From: Candidatus Omnitrophota bacterium
GTDB taxonomy: Bacteria > Omnitrophota > Gorgyraeia > 1-14-0-20-64-10
Assembly: GCA_016196465.1 (NCBI GenBank)
Contig: JACPXR010000043.1
Span: 1-40,607, forward strand
Reading direction: 5' to 3'
DNA: 40,607 bases
The stretch's first letter is position 1; each line of letters starts with the position of its first letter. Positions 39,977 through 40,607 of the stretch are shown one piece after another. The position numbers were made by a program, and so were the translations under genes. Below the pieces are notes generated by a model. That model made no database searches, had not been told where the DNA came from, and worked only from the letters and a program-made list of their open reading frames with translations.

Positions 39977-40607
39977 TTGCTGCTGATGGCTGTCTTTTCG
40001 GGGTGCACGCCGTACGTCGAGGCCCCCTCCGCGGGGGTGAGGCCCTTTCCGGGGGGGTCGCTTCATCGCGTCGCCAGAGGCGAAACCCTCTGGCGGATCG
40101 CCAGAAGCTACGGGGTCGAACTGGAGGATTTGGTCAGGGCCAACCAGATCTCAGATGTTTCCCGGGTCAAGGCAGGCCAGGGAATCGTGATTCCGCCCCG
40201 GGATTGGAAGGCGCCCGACCGGAACCTGACCGCTGGGGCTCCTCGGAAAGAGGCCGCCCCTTCCGAGGAATTCCTCTGGCCCGTGAGGGGGAGGGTCATT
40301 TCGATCTTTGGGATGCGCCGGGGGGCCGGCGTTCAGAACAAGGGAATCGACATCCAGGCCCCTGAAGGAGTGCAGGTCCTGGCTTCCCGGAGCGGCCGGG
40401 TGAGCTTTGTTCACGAGAACCTTCCCGGTTTTGGGAAGACGATCATCCTGGAGCATCCGGACGGTTTTGCGACGGTGTACGCCTATGTCGGCCAGATTCT
40501 GATCCGCCAGGGTGAAGATGTTTCGCAGGCCCAAGTGATCGCCCGGGTGGGGAGGAGCGGCCGTTTGGAGTTTTCGGCTTTGCATTTTGAGATCCGCCGA
40601 AATCAAA
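39977..40607 (+). CDS. LysM + M23 peptidase lipoprotein (NlpD-like), 3' end outside window
   Basis: The frame-2 ORF is open to the window edge and not in the ORF track. It carries a lipobox (LLLMAVFSGC), a LysM domain (HRVARGETLWRIARSYGVELEDLVRANQI) and an M23 core (GIDIQAPEGVQVLASRSGRV, GKTIILEHPDGFATVYAY, LHFEIR). The start is uncertain: TTG 39977, ATG 39986, or ATG 39944 inside the tRNA. Confidence 0.8.
   Translation, partial: MLLMAVFSGCTPYVEAPSAGVRPFPGGSLHRVARGETLWRIARSYGVELEDLVRANQISDVSRVKAGQGIVIPPRDWKAPDRNLTAGAPRKEAAPSEEFLWPVRGRVISIFGMRRGAGVQNKGIDIQAPEGVQVLASRSGRVSFVHENLPGFGKTIILEHPDGFATVYAYVGQILIRQGEDVSQAQVIARVGRSGRLEFSALHFEIRRNQ

Overview
GC-rich, very tightly packed chromosomal segment from a diderm (Gram-negative-type) bacterium. 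It is mostly housekeeping genes, and I see no CRISPR array, prophage, transposase or recognisable defence genes. All homology calls come from motif recognition by eye; no searches were run.

I support about 46 CDS. Three are absent from the ORF track: rpsU, a Trm112-like gene, and a 3'-truncated LysM/M23 lipoprotein gene. I also call one tRNA-Gly(CCC) and one cobalamin riboswitch.

Layout:
- 1-533: mutY 3' end.
- 447-5127 (minus): a translationally coupled string glgP-purC-LOG-HAD-Zn-ribbon.
- 5164-6439: rlmB and an HD hydrolase.
- 6436-9301 (minus): a beta-lactamase-like serine hydrolase and a PAS-GGDEF-EAL protein.
- 9787-18527: aminotransferase, icd-like, lpd, lipA, a second aminotransferase, a three-gene glycolipid/acyltransferase set, and pcm.
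- 18575-26699: cobalamin riboswitch, then nrdA, nrdB, a TonB-dependent receptor, a small polytopic membrane protein and two TonB paralogs.
- 26745-39970: a co-directional array with spacers of about 38 nt or less, running from rpsU through an M16 peptidase, Memo-like, DUF1844, rmuC, trm112-like, aroQ, efp, accBC, asp23/amaP, pfk, gmhA, hldC-like, thiE and a PfkB kinase to tRNA-Gly.

Most noteworthy:
1. A 331-bp element (9456-9786) bounded by inverted repeats of about 33 bp. It fills the only large intergenic gap and abuts the aminotransferase start codon. It could be MITE-like or a large structured RNA.
2. A single B12 riboswitch heads what looks like one operon coupling class Ia RNR to a putative TonB-dependent uptake module.
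3. A thiE whose usual N-terminal domain sits in a separate frame, one nucleotide away from a seamless fusion.
4. Two lipoprotein-type signal peptides whose plausible starts are missing or lie inside neighbouring genes.
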